A stretch of DNA of 64,000 bases from Deltaproteobacteria bacterium. Lineage in GTDB: Bacteria; Desulfobacterota; Deferrisomatia; Deferrisomatales; BM512. The notes under the pieces are model-generated. The model did not search any database. It was not told the origin of the DNA and worked only from the letters and a program-made list of their open reading frames with translations. The stretch covers positions 104,577-168,576 of the forward strand of contig JAUVAU010000001.1 in NCBI GenBank assembly GCA_030591565.1, written 5' to 3'. The position numbers and the translations under genes are program-made. Positions 49,898-59,867 of the stretch are shown here, piece by piece. Each line of letters begins with the position of its first letter. Position 1 is the first letter of the stretch.

Positions 49898-50977
49898 ATG
49901 TTATACAAGCTATTAATGCTCTTTCAGGATGTGGTGGGACCGGTAAACGTCTTCCGCTACATCACCTTTCGCACAGTGCTGGGGATGCTCACGGCGCTGA
50001 TACTCTCGCTGTTGCTCGGCCCCAAGATGATCGAGACCCTGAAAAAACTCTCCATCGGCCAGACGATTCGCGAGGATGGCCCCAAATCCCACATAGAGAC
50101 AAAATCGGGCACCCCCACCATGGGCGGCGTCCTCTTCCTGCTCTCCCTCACCGTGGCGGTGCTGATGTGGGCCGATCCTGCCACGCCCTTCGTGTGGATC
50201 GCGCTGCTGGTCACCCTGGGTTTCGGCGCGGTGGGCTTTGTGGACGATTACCTGAAGGTCACCAAAAAGCACTCGCGTGGATTGCCCTCCAGGTTGAAGT
50301 TCTGGGCGCTGGTGTTTGTGGCGGGTGCCGGGTGTGTGGCGCTCATAGCTCAACCGGGCTTCGATACCCGGCTGGCCTTCCCCTTCTTCAAGAACTTCCA
50401 GCCCGACCTTGGCGTCTTCTACATACCCTTCGCCATCTTCGTGGTGGTTGGCACGGGGAACGCGGTGAATCTGACCGATGGCCTGGACGGCCTCGCCGTC
50501 GGCCCGGTCATTACCGCGTCCATGGTCTACCTCATCTTCTCCTACGCGGCGGGCCACGCCCGCATAGCGGAGTACTTGCAGATACCCCACATCCAGGGGG
50601 CCGGTGAGCTGGCGGTCTTCTGCGCGGCGGTGGCGGGAGGGGCGCTGGGCTTCCTCTGGTTCAACGCTTACCCCGCCCAGGTCTTCATGGGCGACGTGGG
50701 TAGCCTCGCAATGGGCGGCGCGCTGGGTATGGTGGCGGTCATATCGAAGTTCGAGATAGTGCTCGCCATCGTGGGCGGCGTCTTCGTGGTGGAGACGCTC
50801 AGCGTGATTTTGCAGGTGGCGTCATACAAGATGCGCAAGAAGCGAATATTCAGGATGGCGCCCATACACCACCACTTTGAACTCAAAGGCTGGGCCGAAC
50901 CCAAGATCATCGTCAGGTTCTGGATAGTCTCCATCATCCTGGCGCTTGTGGGGCTGGCTACCCTGAAGACGAGATGA
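49898..50977 (+). CDS. mraY: Phospho-MurNAc-pentapeptide transferase
   Basis: TPTMGG, VDD, NLTDGLDGL, FMGDVGS, MAPIHHHFE. Confidence 0.98.
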   Translation: MLYKLLMLFQDVVGPVNVFRYITFRTVLGMLTALILSLLLGPKMIETLKKLSIGQTIREDGPKSHIETKSGTPTMGGVLFLLSLTVAVLMWADPATPFVWIALLVTLGFGAVGFVDDYLKVTKKHSRGLPSRLKFWALVFVAGAGCVALIAQPGFDTRLAFPFFKNFQPDLGVFYIPFAIFVVVGTGNAVNLTDGLDGLAVGPVITASMVYLIFSYAAGHARIAEYLQIPHIQGAGELAVFCAAVAGGALGFLWFNAYPAQVFMGDVGSLAMGGALGMVAVISKFEIVLAIVGGVFVVETLSVILQVASYKMRKKRIFRMAPIHHHFELKGWAEPKIIVRFWIVSIILALVGLATLKTR

Positions 50978-52338
50978 CGGACTCATTGGAGGGAGTTACA
51001 GCCCTGGTGATGGGCGCAGGAAAGAGTGGCAGGGAGGCGGCGCGGTTCTTGATCGGCAGGGGAGCCAGGGTGTTCCTCTCCGACGACGCCGAAGCATTGC
51101 CGCCCGAAGCAGAGGAACTGGAAGGGTTGGGAGTGGAGCTTTCGCCCGGAGGGCTGGAGGGACCACTGAAATCCTATGATTTAGCAGTTGTAAGCCCCGG
51201 AATATCGGTCTTTGACAACCGTATCAAGCGTTTGCAGGAAAGAGGCGTGGAGGTGGTGGGCGAGGTGGAGCTGGCGTCACGCTTCATCGACGTTCCCCTG
51301 GTAGCCATAACCGGCACCAACGGCAAGACCACCGTCACCAACATGGTGGGAGAGATATTGCGAGCCTGCGGTAAGACAGTCTACGTGGGCGGCAACGTCG
51401 GGACCCCGCTGGTGGGCGCAGCCGGAGCGGATGTGGAGCTGGTGGTGGCGGAAATTTCCAGCTTCCAACTGGAAACGGTCAGCTCCTTTGCCCCCCACGT
51501 GGCTGTGTGGCTAAACCTCACCGGCGACCATCTGGACCGGCACGGTGACCTTGAACGTTACGCCGCCGAGAAGGCAAAGCTCTTCGCCAACCAGCGTGAA
51601 GGGGACTGGGCGATCGTCAACCGTGATGACCCGGTGGTGTGGGGAAAAGTCCAGGGCGCCCAAAGTGCGATACTCCCCTTCTCGGCAACCAGACAGTTGG
51701 GTGTCGGGGCATGGGTGGAGGGCGACGAGGTGGTGGTCCTCATGCCGGGTACCGATGGCGTGCGGCTGGATGCAAGGGAATTGAAGCTACCCGGTACGCA
51801 CAACCTGGAAAACGCGATGGCCGCTGTGCTGGCCGGTGTGGTCATGGGTTGCGAGGTGCGCCAGGCGTGGCAGGCGGTTTGCGAGTTTGAGGGGTTGGCC
51901 CACCGGATCGAAGAATTTTTAAGGTGGCGTGGCGTCACCTTTCTCGACGACTCGAAGGCGACCAATGTGGACGCCGCCGTCAGGGCGATCGGGTCGGTTG
52001 ACAGTAATTTGATATGGCTCGGTGGAGGCAGGGACAAGGAATCTTCCTTCGAGCCGTTGAAGGAAGTTTTGAAGGAGAGGGCCAAGTTGATGGTCCTTGT
52101 GGGCGAAGAAGCAGAGAGGATGGCGACCGCGCTTGAAGGCGTGGCAGTGATGGAGCGGGCGAGTGATTGGAACGGGGCGGTGAAAATCGCAGTGGAAGCG
52201 GCCAAGCCGGGGGATACGGTCCTCATGAGTCCGGCGGCGGCGAGTTTCGATTTTTTCTCGGGATACGTGGAGCGGGGAAAGGTGTTTAAAGAGCTTTGCA
52301 TCGAACACACCGGAAGGGTGGACGTTGAGCGCGGCTAA
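50974..52338 (+). CDS. murD: UDP-MurNAc-L-Ala--D-Glu ligase
   Basis: GTNGKTT, EISSFQLE, DHLDRH, DDSKATN, SPAAASFD. Confidence 0.97.
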   Translation: MTDSLEGVTALVMGAGKSGREAARFLIGRGARVFLSDDAEALPPEAEELEGLGVELSPGGLEGPLKSYDLAVVSPGISVFDNRIKRLQERGVEVVGEVELASRFIDVPLVAITGTNGKTTVTNMVGEILRACGKTVYVGGNVGTPLVGAAGADVELVVAEISSFQLETVSSFAPHVAVWLNLTGDHLDRHGDLERYAAEKAKLFANQREGDWAIVNRDDPVVWGKVQGAQSAILPFSATRQLGVGAWVEGDEVVVLMPGTDGVRLDARELKLPGTHNLENAMAAVLAGVVMGCEVRQAWQAVCEFEGLAHRIEEFLRWRGVTFLDDSKATNVDAAVRAIGSVDSNLIWLGGGRDKESSFEPLKEVLKERAKLMVLVGEEAERMATALEGVAVMERASDWNGAVKIAVEAAKPGDTVLMSPAAASFDFFSGYVERGKVFKELCIEHTGRVDVERG

Positions 52339-53437
52339 GGCGGCGGTCGGCAAGCCGGACATGGCCGTGACCATGACGGTGCTGATGCTCACCGCCGTTG
52401 GGCTGGTGATGGTCTACTCCACCTCCTCGCTTATGACGGTGGGTGGCGAGGGCCACCTGACCTATGGCTACTTCAACAGGTCCTTGATCTATGCGGCGAT
52501 CGGCATAACAGGTTTTTTCATCGCTGCCAGGATGCCCACGACGTTTCTGCGCAAGTTGGCGTATCCGGGGTTGCTGTTGAGTCTGGTGCTCCTCTGTCTG
52601 GTGTGGGTACCCCAACTGGGAGTGAGCGCCAAGGGAGCGAGCCGCTGGGTGCGGTTGGGGGCGGTAGGGTTCCAGCCCTCGGAGGTCACCAAGCTGGCGC
52701 TGATAGTGTTTTTGGCCCACAGCTTGGCGAAGAGGGGCAGCAAGGTTGAGAGCTTCGCTTACGGCTTTTTGCCCAACCTGCTCCTGCCCGGGGTGCCGAT
52801 AGTGCTGGTCCTCATCGAGCCTGACCTGGGCACGGCGGCGGTGCTGCTGGCGCTGGTCTTCGCCATGACCTTTACCGGCGGCGTGAGGATAGGGCATCTG
52901 GCGACCGCGATAGTTCCGGCAATGGCGACCCTCGCTGCGCTGATCTGGTTTGTTCCCTTCAGGCGCGAGCGGCTCTTTGCCTTTCTCGATCCCTGGGAGC
53001 ATGCCCATACCTCGGGCTTCCAGCTGGTCCAGTCGCTGCTGGCCTTTGGGGCGGGCGGCATCTGGGGCTCCGGCCTTGGAGCGGGAAAACAAAAATTGCA
53101 CTACGTGCCCGAAGCCCACACCGACTTCATTCTCTCCATATGGGCGGAGGAGTGCGGGCTGGTGGGAGTGCTGGCGGTATTGGCGCTGATGGCGTTTCTC
53201 ACCTGGCGCGGTTTTGCCATAGCTGCCGAGCAGGAGGATGAGTTCAGGCGGCTGTTGGCTATAGGGATCACCACCTGGCTGAGTTTGCAGGCGGCGTTAA
53301 ACGCCCTTGTGGTCATGGGCTGCCTACCCACCAAGGGGCTGCCCTTTCCCTTCGTCTCCTATGGCGGGACCGGGCTGGTGGTGGCGCTGATCGGCGCGGG
53401 TATTCTGGCCGGGCTGGGAAGAAAGGTCGCGAAGTGA
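52325..53437 (+). CDS. ftsW: SEDS peptidoglycan polymerase FtsW
   Basis: GASRW, FQPSE, EPDLG, PEAHTDFI, SYGG. Confidence 0.97.
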   Translation: MSAAKAAVGKPDMAVTMTVLMLTAVGLVMVYSTSSLMTVGGEGHLTYGYFNRSLIYAAIGITGFFIAARMPTTFLRKLAYPGLLLSLVLLCLVWVPQLGVSAKGASRWVRLGAVGFQPSEVTKLALIVFLAHSLAKRGSKVESFAYGFLPNLLLPGVPIVLVLIEPDLGTAAVLLALVFAMTFTGGVRIGHLATAIVPAMATLAALIWFVPFRRERLFAFLDPWEHAHTSGFQLVQSLLAFGAGGIWGSGLGAGKQKLHYVPEAHTDFILSIWAEECGLVGVLAVLALMAFLTWRGFAIAAEQEDEFRRLLAIGITTWLSLQAALNALVVMGCLPTKGLPFPFVSYGGTGLVVALIGAGILAGLGRKVAK

Positions 53438-54519
53438 GGCTGATTATCACTGGCGGAGGAACGGGAGGGCATCTCTACCCCGGCGTGGCCGTGGCCGAGG
53501 AGCTGCTCAGTCGAGGCGGTGGACATGAGGTGCTCTTCGTGGGGTCCGCCAGCGGCATCGAGGCGCGGGTGTTGCCCAAGCTGGGGCTGGAGTTCAAACC
53601 GGTGAGGTGCGGAGCGCTCGCCGGAAGAGGTCTGCTCGGAAAGATTGGCGGTCTTTTGAAGACGGCGGTGGGAATGATCGATTCGGTGGGAATTTTGAGA
53701 AGGTTCAAGCCCGACGCCTGTCTGGGAGTGGGGGGCTATGTCTCCTTCCCCGTGGCGGCGAGCTGCAAATTTGGCGGGGTCTTCACCGCCATACAGGAGC
53801 AGAACGCTGTCCCCGGCATCGCCAACAGGGCGCTCGCCAACATAGTCGCCAGGGTTTACGCGGCGGATGGGCAGGCGGGGTCGTCATTCGACCCGCAAAA
53901 GACGCTCATAACAGGCACTCCGCTCAGGCAGGCGTTGGGCGAGAGCTTTCCCTACGAGCCACCCACCGCCGATGAACCGGCAAGGATTCTCATCCTGGGC
54001 GGGAGTCAGGGAGCCAAGGCGTTGAACGAAGTGGTGCCCAAGGCGCTCTCAATGATCGAGCGGCCGCTCCACATCCGCCACCAGGCGGGGCGCGGCAAGG
54101 ATGGGGCGGTGATGGACGCCTATGCGGGCCGGGCCGGAGTGAGGGTTGACGCCTTCATTGACGATATGGAAGAGGCGTATCGCTGGGCGCAGATCGTAAT
54201 CGCCCGCTCAGGTGCGCTGACGCTGGCCGAGCTGGCCTCAGCCGGTCGCCCGGCGATCCTCGTCCCCTTCGCGTTTGCGGCGGGCAACCATCAGGAGGCC
54301 AACGCCAGGGCGGCGCAGGTGAAGGGCGCTGCGGTGTGTATCACGGAAAAGGAACTGAACGCCCAAGCCCTCTCCTGGTTGATCGAAAAGTGGCTGGCCG
54401 ACCCCGCGATTCCCACCACCATGGCGGAATCGGCGGCCCAGTCGGCGCGGCGCGGCGCGGCGAAATTGATAGTGGACGACCTGCTACAGTCATCAGTGGG
54501 CAGGAAGGCAGACGGATAA
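53434..54519 (+). CDS. murG: Lipid II GlcNAc transferase
   Basis: GGGTGGH, GGYVS, EQN, GGSQGA, HQEANA. Confidence 0.97.
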   Translation: MRLIITGGGTGGHLYPGVAVAEELLSRGGGHEVLFVGSASGIEARVLPKLGLEFKPVRCGALAGRGLLGKIGGLLKTAVGMIDSVGILRRFKPDACLGVGGYVSFPVAASCKFGGVFTAIQEQNAVPGIANRALANIVARVYAADGQAGSSFDPQKTLITGTPLRQALGESFPYEPPTADEPARILILGGSQGAKALNEVVPKALSMIERPLHIRHQAGRGKDGAVMDAYAGRAGVRVDAFIDDMEEAYRWAQIVIARSGALTLAELASAGRPAILVPFAFAAGNHQEANARAAQVKGAAVCITEKELNAQALSWLIEKWLADPAIPTTMAESAAQSARRGAAKLIVDDLLQSSVGRKADG

Positions 54520-55896
54520 ATGTTTAGCACAGATCGCAGAATTCACTTCGTCGGGATCGGCGGCATCGGCATGAGCGGCATCGCCGAGGTGCTCCTGAAC
54601 CAGGGCTATCCGGTGAGCGGCTCGGACCTGAAGCTCTCGCCTGTCACCAGACGGCTGGAGAAGCTCGGTGCGGTCATCTGCGAAGGCCACAGGGGTGAAA
54701 ACATCGGTGACGCCTTCGTCGTAGTCGTCAGCAGCGCGGTCAGCGATGAGAACCCCGAGGTGGTTGAGGCGCACCGCCAGATGATCCCCGTGATACCACG
54801 CGCTGAGATGCTGGCGGAGTTGATGCGGACGAAATACGGGGTGGCGGTGGCCGGAACCCACGGCAAGACCACCACCACGTCGCTCATCGCCACCCTGCTG
54901 GAAGAGACCGGCTTTGACCCCACCGTGGTCGTTGGCGGCAAGATCGGGGCGATGGGCTCCAACGCCAAGCTGGGGCAGGGCAGGTTCATGGTGGCCGAAG
55001 CCGACGAGAGTGACGGCAGCTTCCTCTACCTCTCTCCCACCGTGGCGGTTATCACCAACATCGACCGCGAGCATATGGATCACTACATCACCGAAGAGGC
55101 GATGGAGCAGGCGTTTGTGGATTTCGCCAACAAGGTGCCTTTTTTCGGCGCGGCAATCGTCTGCCTTGACGACCCCAGGGTGCAGGAGATCATGCCCAGG
55201 TTGACGCGGCGCACGGTGACCTATGGACTCACCTCACAGGCCGATGTGTGGGCGCGCAACATCGAGCGGGCCGAGGGGTACACCCGGTTCGAGGTGATGG
55301 TGGATGGAGAACCGGTGGGGAGCGCCAGAGTGATCCTGCCCGGTAAGCACAATGTTTTGAATAGCCTTGCCGCCTTTGCCGTGGGGCTGGAGCTTGGGGC
55401 CGAACCGGGGGCGATCATTGAAGGTATCGCCCGTTTTACCGGTGTGGACAGGCGCAGTCAGCTAAAGGGCGAGTCTTCCCTGGCGATGGTGTTCGACGAC
55501 TACGCGCACCACCCCACCGAGATACAGGCGGCGCTCTCGGGACTCAAGGAAGCCTACGGCAAGCGGGTGGTGGCGGTTTTTCAACCCCATCGTTACAGCC
55601 GCACCGAGGATTTGTTGGAGAGGTTCTATACCTCCTTCTACGCCGCCGACATCTTGTTCGTCACCGGCATCTACGCTGCCGGTGAGAAGCCGATAGAGGG
55701 GGTCAGCGCCGAGAGTCTGGCCGAAGGCATACGCCAGCACGGACACCGCAGCGTGCACCATGTCGAAGCGCTGGCCGAGGTGCCCGACAGGGTGATGGAA
55801 GTACTTGAGCAGGATGATCTTGTTGTCACCCTTGGCGCAGGAAATGTGTGGCAGGTGGGCGAGAAGCTGCTCGACCTGATGAAAGGAGGAGGGTGA
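54520..55896 (+). CDS. murC: UDP-MurNAc--L-Ala ligase
   Basis: GIGGIGMSG, GTHGKTTT, EADESD, DDYAHHPTE. Confidence 0.98.
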   Translation: MFSTDRRIHFVGIGGIGMSGIAEVLLNQGYPVSGSDLKLSPVTRRLEKLGAVICEGHRGENIGDAFVVVVSSAVSDENPEVVEAHRQMIPVIPRAEMLAELMRTKYGVAVAGTHGKTTTTSLIATLLEETGFDPTVVVGGKIGAMGSNAKLGQGRFMVAEADESDGSFLYLSPTVAVITNIDREHMDHYITEEAMEQAFVDFANKVPFFGAAIVCLDDPRVQEIMPRLTRRTVTYGLTSQADVWARNIERAEGYTRFEVMVDGEPVGSARVILPGKHNVLNSLAAFAVGLELGAEPGAIIEGIARFTGVDRRSQLKGESSLAMVFDDYAHHPTEIQAALSGLKEAYGKRVVAVFQPHRYSRTEDLLERFYTSFYAADILFVTGIYAAGEKPIEGVSAESLAEGIRQHGHRSVHHVEALAEVPDRVMEVLEQDDLVVTLGAGNVWQVGEKLLDLMKGGG

Positions 55897-56843
55897 TGGC
55901 TAAAAGCGCCATCGAGATGATTCAGGAGCTGGTTGAAGGTTCGGTGGAGCTAAACGTTCCCATGAGCAAGATGACCACCATGCGCACGGGCGGCCCCGCA
56001 GATATTTTGATAACGCCCGCAGGACGCGAAGACCTGGCCAAGACCCTTCGCTTTTTGCACCAGCGGGAGATCGAGACGTTTTTCATGGGCAACGGCTCCT
56101 CCATGATCGTAAAGGACGGCGGCATTCGCGGCGCGGTGATCAAGCTGGACCCGGGAATTTCCAAGATCGAGCGGCTTGACGATCGTGCCGGCGTACCCGC
56201 AATAAGGGTGGACGCCGGTGTGACCTTGCGGCGGCTGGTGCGCTGGTCGGTGGACGAGGGGATTTCGGGGCTGGAGTATCTCTTCGGTATACCGGGCCAG
56301 GTAGGCGGAGCCTTCGCCAACAATTCGGGCGCCTGGGACCTTGAGTTCAGCGATCACGTGCTTGAGGTGGAGACGATGGATGTCAACGGTGAAATCTACC
56401 ATCTGGGACGCGACCACTTCAACTTCGAGTACCGCAAGACGACCATACCCGAGGGGCACATCATCCTCTCGGTTGTGGTAAGGGGCGAGGAGGGCAGCCC
56501 CACACAGATAAAGGACGAAATACGACGCTTTGGCGACCGCCGCAGGGCGATACACCCCCTGCACGACCCCAGCGCGGGGATGATATTTTTCAACCCCAAG
56601 GGGTTTCGCGCGGGCGAAATCATCGATGAATGCGGCTTGAAAGGCGTGAGGGTCGGCGAGTGTGAAATATCGAGGATGCACGCCAACTTCATCGTCAATC
56701 TGGGCGCGGCCACTTCCAGCCAGATCGTCTCATTGATCGGGATGATCCAGGAGCGCGTCTACGTCAAGAAAAAGCTGAAGCTGGAGACCAAGGTAAAGAT
56801 CCTGGGCGACTGGCAAAAAAGCAAACTCCGTATTCAGGAGTGA
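55896..56843 (+). CDS. murB: MurB-like FAD-binding protein with non-canonical catalytic positions
   Basis: GGPA, GIPG.VGG, YR, HANFIVN and murC-murB-ddl position; but SAGMIFFNP and LETKV replace SAGS(C)xFKNP and LExEV. Confidence 0.8.
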   Translation: MAKSAIEMIQELVEGSVELNVPMSKMTTMRTGGPADILITPAGREDLAKTLRFLHQREIETFFMGNGSSMIVKDGGIRGAVIKLDPGISKIERLDDRAGVPAIRVDAGVTLRRLVRWSVDEGISGLEYLFGIPGQVGGAFANNSGAWDLEFSDHVLEVETMDVNGEIYHLGRDHFNFEYRKTTIPEGHIILSVVVRGEEGSPTQIKDEIRRFGDRRRAIHPLHDPSAGMIFFNPKGFRAGEIIDECGLKGVRVGECEISRMHANFIVNLGAATSSQIVSLIGMIQERVYVKKKLKLETKVKILGDWQKSKLRIQE

Positions 56844-56850
56844 GGTAGCT

Positions 56851-57750
56851 GTGATGAAAGTAGCGGTACTCATGGGCGGCCGAAGCGCCGAGCGGGAAGT
56901 GAGCCTGACCACCGGAGGCGCGGTGTCTGCTGCGTTAAGAGAGCTGGGTCATGAGGTGATCGAGATCGACGCCGCTGCCCAGTTGCCCCAAAAACTGCTG
57001 GAGGCCCGGCCAGAGGTGGCGTTTATAGCACTCCACGGCAGGTGGGGCGAGGATGGCACCGTCCAGGGATTGCTGGAGATCATGGGGATTCCCTACACCG
57101 GCTCGGGGGTCGAATCCAGCGCGGTGGCTATGAACAAGGTCGTCTCCAAGCGGATATTCACCAGTTTCGGCGCCCCCACGCCCGAGTTTCAGGTGCTGCC
57201 AGTCGGGCAGGGTGCAGGGGAGTTGAAGCTGAAACCTCCCTTCGTGGTCAAACCACCCAAGGAGGGCTCCACCATCGGGATCAACATCGTCACCAGCTCT
57301 GCCGAAGCGCAGGCGGCGATTGACGATGCGAGGAAATACTGCGACGAGGTGATGGTCGAGAAATTTGTGGAGGGCAGGGAGCTGACGGTGGGAGTCATCG
57401 ACGGCGAGCCCCTCCCCATAGTGGAGATCGAACCCGAAGGCGGGTTCTACGATTACAAATCGAAATACACGACGGGCATGACCACCTACACCTGCCCCGC
57501 GAAGCTCACCGACGAGCAGGCCCGTGTGGTGGTCAAGGCGGGAGTCGAGGCGTTTCGGGCGCTCGACTGCGCCGGGGCTGCCCGGGTGGATGTGCTCTTG
57601 GACGATGACAATAACCCCTGGGTGCTTGAAGTGAACACGATACCGGGGATGACCCCGACCAGCCTGCTGCCCAAGGCGGCGGCTACGGCGGGGATGGATT
57701 TTCCTGCGCTCGTCCAGAAGATGCTGGACGGGGCTTCATTAAAGGCTTGA
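56851..57750 (+). CDS. ddl: D-alanine--D-alanine ligase
   Basis: GGRSAEREVS, LHGRWGEDG, YDYKSKY, EVNTIPGMT. Confidence 0.98.
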   Translation: MMKVAVLMGGRSAEREVSLTTGGAVSAALRELGHEVIEIDAAAQLPQKLLEARPEVAFIALHGRWGEDGTVQGLLEIMGIPYTGSGVESSAVAMNKVVSKRIFTSFGAPTPEFQVLPVGQGAGELKLKPPFVVKPPKEGSTIGINIVTSSAEAQAAIDDARKYCDEVMVEKFVEGRELTVGVIDGEPLPIVEIEPEGGFYDYKSKYTTGMTTYTCPAKLTDEQARVVVKAGVEAFRALDCAGAARVDVLLDDDNNPWVLEVNTIPGMTPTSLLPKAAATAGMDFPALVQKMLDGASLKA

Positions 57751-57765
57751 GGCGGTAAAAAACGG

Positions 57766-58497
57766 ATGAGGATACCCAAGACCTTCAACGCGCTTATCTG
57801 GATGACAGTGGCGATACTGCTGGCGGGTGGGGTCTACCTCGGATTGCAGAAGATGGAGGGGTTCAACCTGCTCCCCATCGCGGTGATTGATGTTGAGGGA
57901 AACAAACATACCGCCGCTGACGCGATCATCATGGCCTCCGGTTTCGCCATCGGACAGCCGCTCTTCGGCTCGGGGATAGGGCAGGTAACAGGCGCGGTGG
58001 AGCGCCTCCCCTGGGTGAAAAAGGCGGTGGTCTTCAGGCGCATACCTGACACCGTCGCCATAAACGTGGAGGAGTGGGAGGCAAGCTATCTGGTGAGCCT
58101 GGACCGGCTCTACTACATGACCGACGACGCCCACGTTATAGACGCGCCGCTCGATAACGGGCTGGATTTTCCGGTGGTCACCGGTATCTCCTGGGCGCGA
58201 CTCGAAGCCCCGGGGGCAGTGCGCGACCAGTTGTTGAAGCTTCTGTGGCTAATCGGGAAGGGCGCATTCGATACAAGCGTGGACGAGATCAACTTCGACG
58301 CCCGCAGGGGCTTTACCCTGTTTGGCGACGAGCCCTGGGCAACCGGTGTCTACCTCGGGAGCGACGACTTTGAGACGAAGCTTGAGCGGTTTGCAAAGCT
58401 TAGGGTGATGCTCAAACGCCAGGGACGACACGCATCGACTGTTGACCTTTGTTATGAGGACCGGATTGTTGCCCGGCTTGTCGAAAACGGCCAATGA
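57766..58497 (+). CDS. ftsQ: Cell division protein FtsQ
   Basis: TM, POTRA (VEGN..LPWVKKAVVFRRIPD), position before ftsA. Confidence 0.92.
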   Translation: MRIPKTFNALIWMTVAILLAGGVYLGLQKMEGFNLLPIAVIDVEGNKHTAADAIIMASGFAIGQPLFGSGIGQVTGAVERLPWVKKAVVFRRIPDTVAINVEEWEASYLVSLDRLYYMTDDAHVIDAPLDNGLDFPVVTGISWARLEAPGAVRDQLLKLLWLIGKGAFDTSVDEINFDARRGFTLFGDEPWATGVYLGSDDFETKLERFAKLRVMLKRQGRHASTVDLCYEDRIVARLVENGQ

Positions 58498-58509
58498 GGA
58501 TGTGAAGAG

Positions 58510-59742
58510 ATGAAACCCAAAGAGGAAACCTTCGTCGGTCTGGATATAGGCACCACAAAGATATGCGCTGTGGTGGGAGAGCTTGGTCCCGAAGGGCTGA
58601 AAATTATCGGCTTCGGCACCCACCCCTCCAGCGGGCTGAGAAGAGGTGTGGTGATCAACATCGAAGCCACCGTCAGGTCGATAAAAAAAGCGGTGGAAGA
58701 GGCCGAGATAATGGCCGACCGCGAGATAAAGAAGGTCTATGCCGGTATAGCGGGCGGACACGTGCAGGCGTTCAACAGCCACGGCGTCATCGCTTTAAAG
58801 GACAGGGAAGTCAGCCATGCCGATATCAGAAGGGTGATAGACGCGGCGCGGGCGGTGGCGATACCGCTGGACAGGGAAGTGCTCCACATCATCCCGCAGG
58901 AATACATAGTGGATGACCAGGATGGGATCAAGGAGCCGCTGGGAATGAGCGGCGTGCGCTTCGAGGCCAAGGTCCACATAGTTACCGGCGCGGTGTCGAG
59001 CGCGCAGAACATCGTCAAGTGCTGTAACCGCGCAGGGCTTGATGTGGCCGACATCATCCTGGAGCCGTTGGCGAGCGCCGAAGCGGTGCTCACCGAGGAT
59101 GAGCGCGAGCTGGGCGTGGCGCTGGTTGACATGGGCGGAGGCACCACCGACATCGCGGTGGTCGCCGGGGGAGCGATCAAACACAGCTCGGTTCTGACGC
59201 TTGGCGGCAACCACGTGACCAATGACATCGCCATGGGGCTTAGAACCCCGGCGGCGGAGGCAGAGAAGATAAAGCGCCGCTATGCCGCAGCGTTAACCAC
59301 CCTGGTGGGCAAGGATGAGACGATAGAGGTGCCCGGCGTCGGTGGGCGAAAGCCCCGCATCATGAATCGGCGCATCCTGGCCGAGATAGTCGAGCCGCGC
59401 GCCGAAGAGATCTTCGCCCTGGTCAGACAGGACTTAATGAACAGGGATGTGGAGCGGGACGTGGTCTCCGGCGTGGTGCTGACCGGGGGCGGGAGTCTAC
59501 TCAGCGGCTCGGTCGAGATCGCCGAGCAGGTCTTTGGGCTGCCGGTGCGGATTGGCATACCGCAAAACGTGGAAGGGATGTTCGATTCTCTTCGCGACCC
59601 CTCCTACGCCACCGGCGTGGGACTCGTACAGTTCGCGGCCAGGACGCGGGGCAAGTCGAAAAAGTCGCTCCATGAGTCGGATGAGAACCTCTTCGCGGCG
59701 ATAACACGCACGATGAAGGGTTGGTTCAAGGAGTTCTTTTAA
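58510..59742 (+). CDS. ftsA: Cell division protein FtsA
   Basis: LDIGTTK, DMGGGTTD, VLTGGG, C-terminal amphipathic WFKEFF. Confidence 0.98.
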   Translation: MKPKEETFVGLDIGTTKICAVVGELGPEGLKIIGFGTHPSSGLRRGVVINIEATVRSIKKAVEEAEIMADREIKKVYAGIAGGHVQAFNSHGVIALKDREVSHADIRRVIDAARAVAIPLDREVLHIIPQEYIVDDQDGIKEPLGMSGVRFEAKVHIVTGAVSSAQNIVKCCNRAGLDVADIILEPLASAEAVLTEDERELGVALVDMGGGTTDIAVVAGGAIKHSSVLTLGGNHVTNDIAMGLRTPAAEAEKIKRRYAAALTTLVGKDETIEVPGVGGRKPRIMNRRILAEIVEPRAEEIFALVRQDLMNRDVERDVVSGVVLTGGGSLLSGSVEIAEQVFGLPVRIGIPQNVEGMFDSLRDPSYATGVGLVQFAARTRGKSKKSLHESDENLFAAITRTMKGWFKEFF

Positions 59743-59867
59743 AGAGTCATGCGGGCGTCCGTGAATTGGCGCGGACGTTCACGAGGTTAAAGGCAAGGGC
59801 GAGCACGAAAACGTTTTAATCGGTAACCGTATTTCAACAGGGCAACGGACCGAAAGAGAGGGCAACG

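Noticed and set aside
59750-59783. Hairpin between ftsA and ftsZ as a terminator
   Set aside because: Imperfect stem without a U tract; at most an mRNA-stability element.
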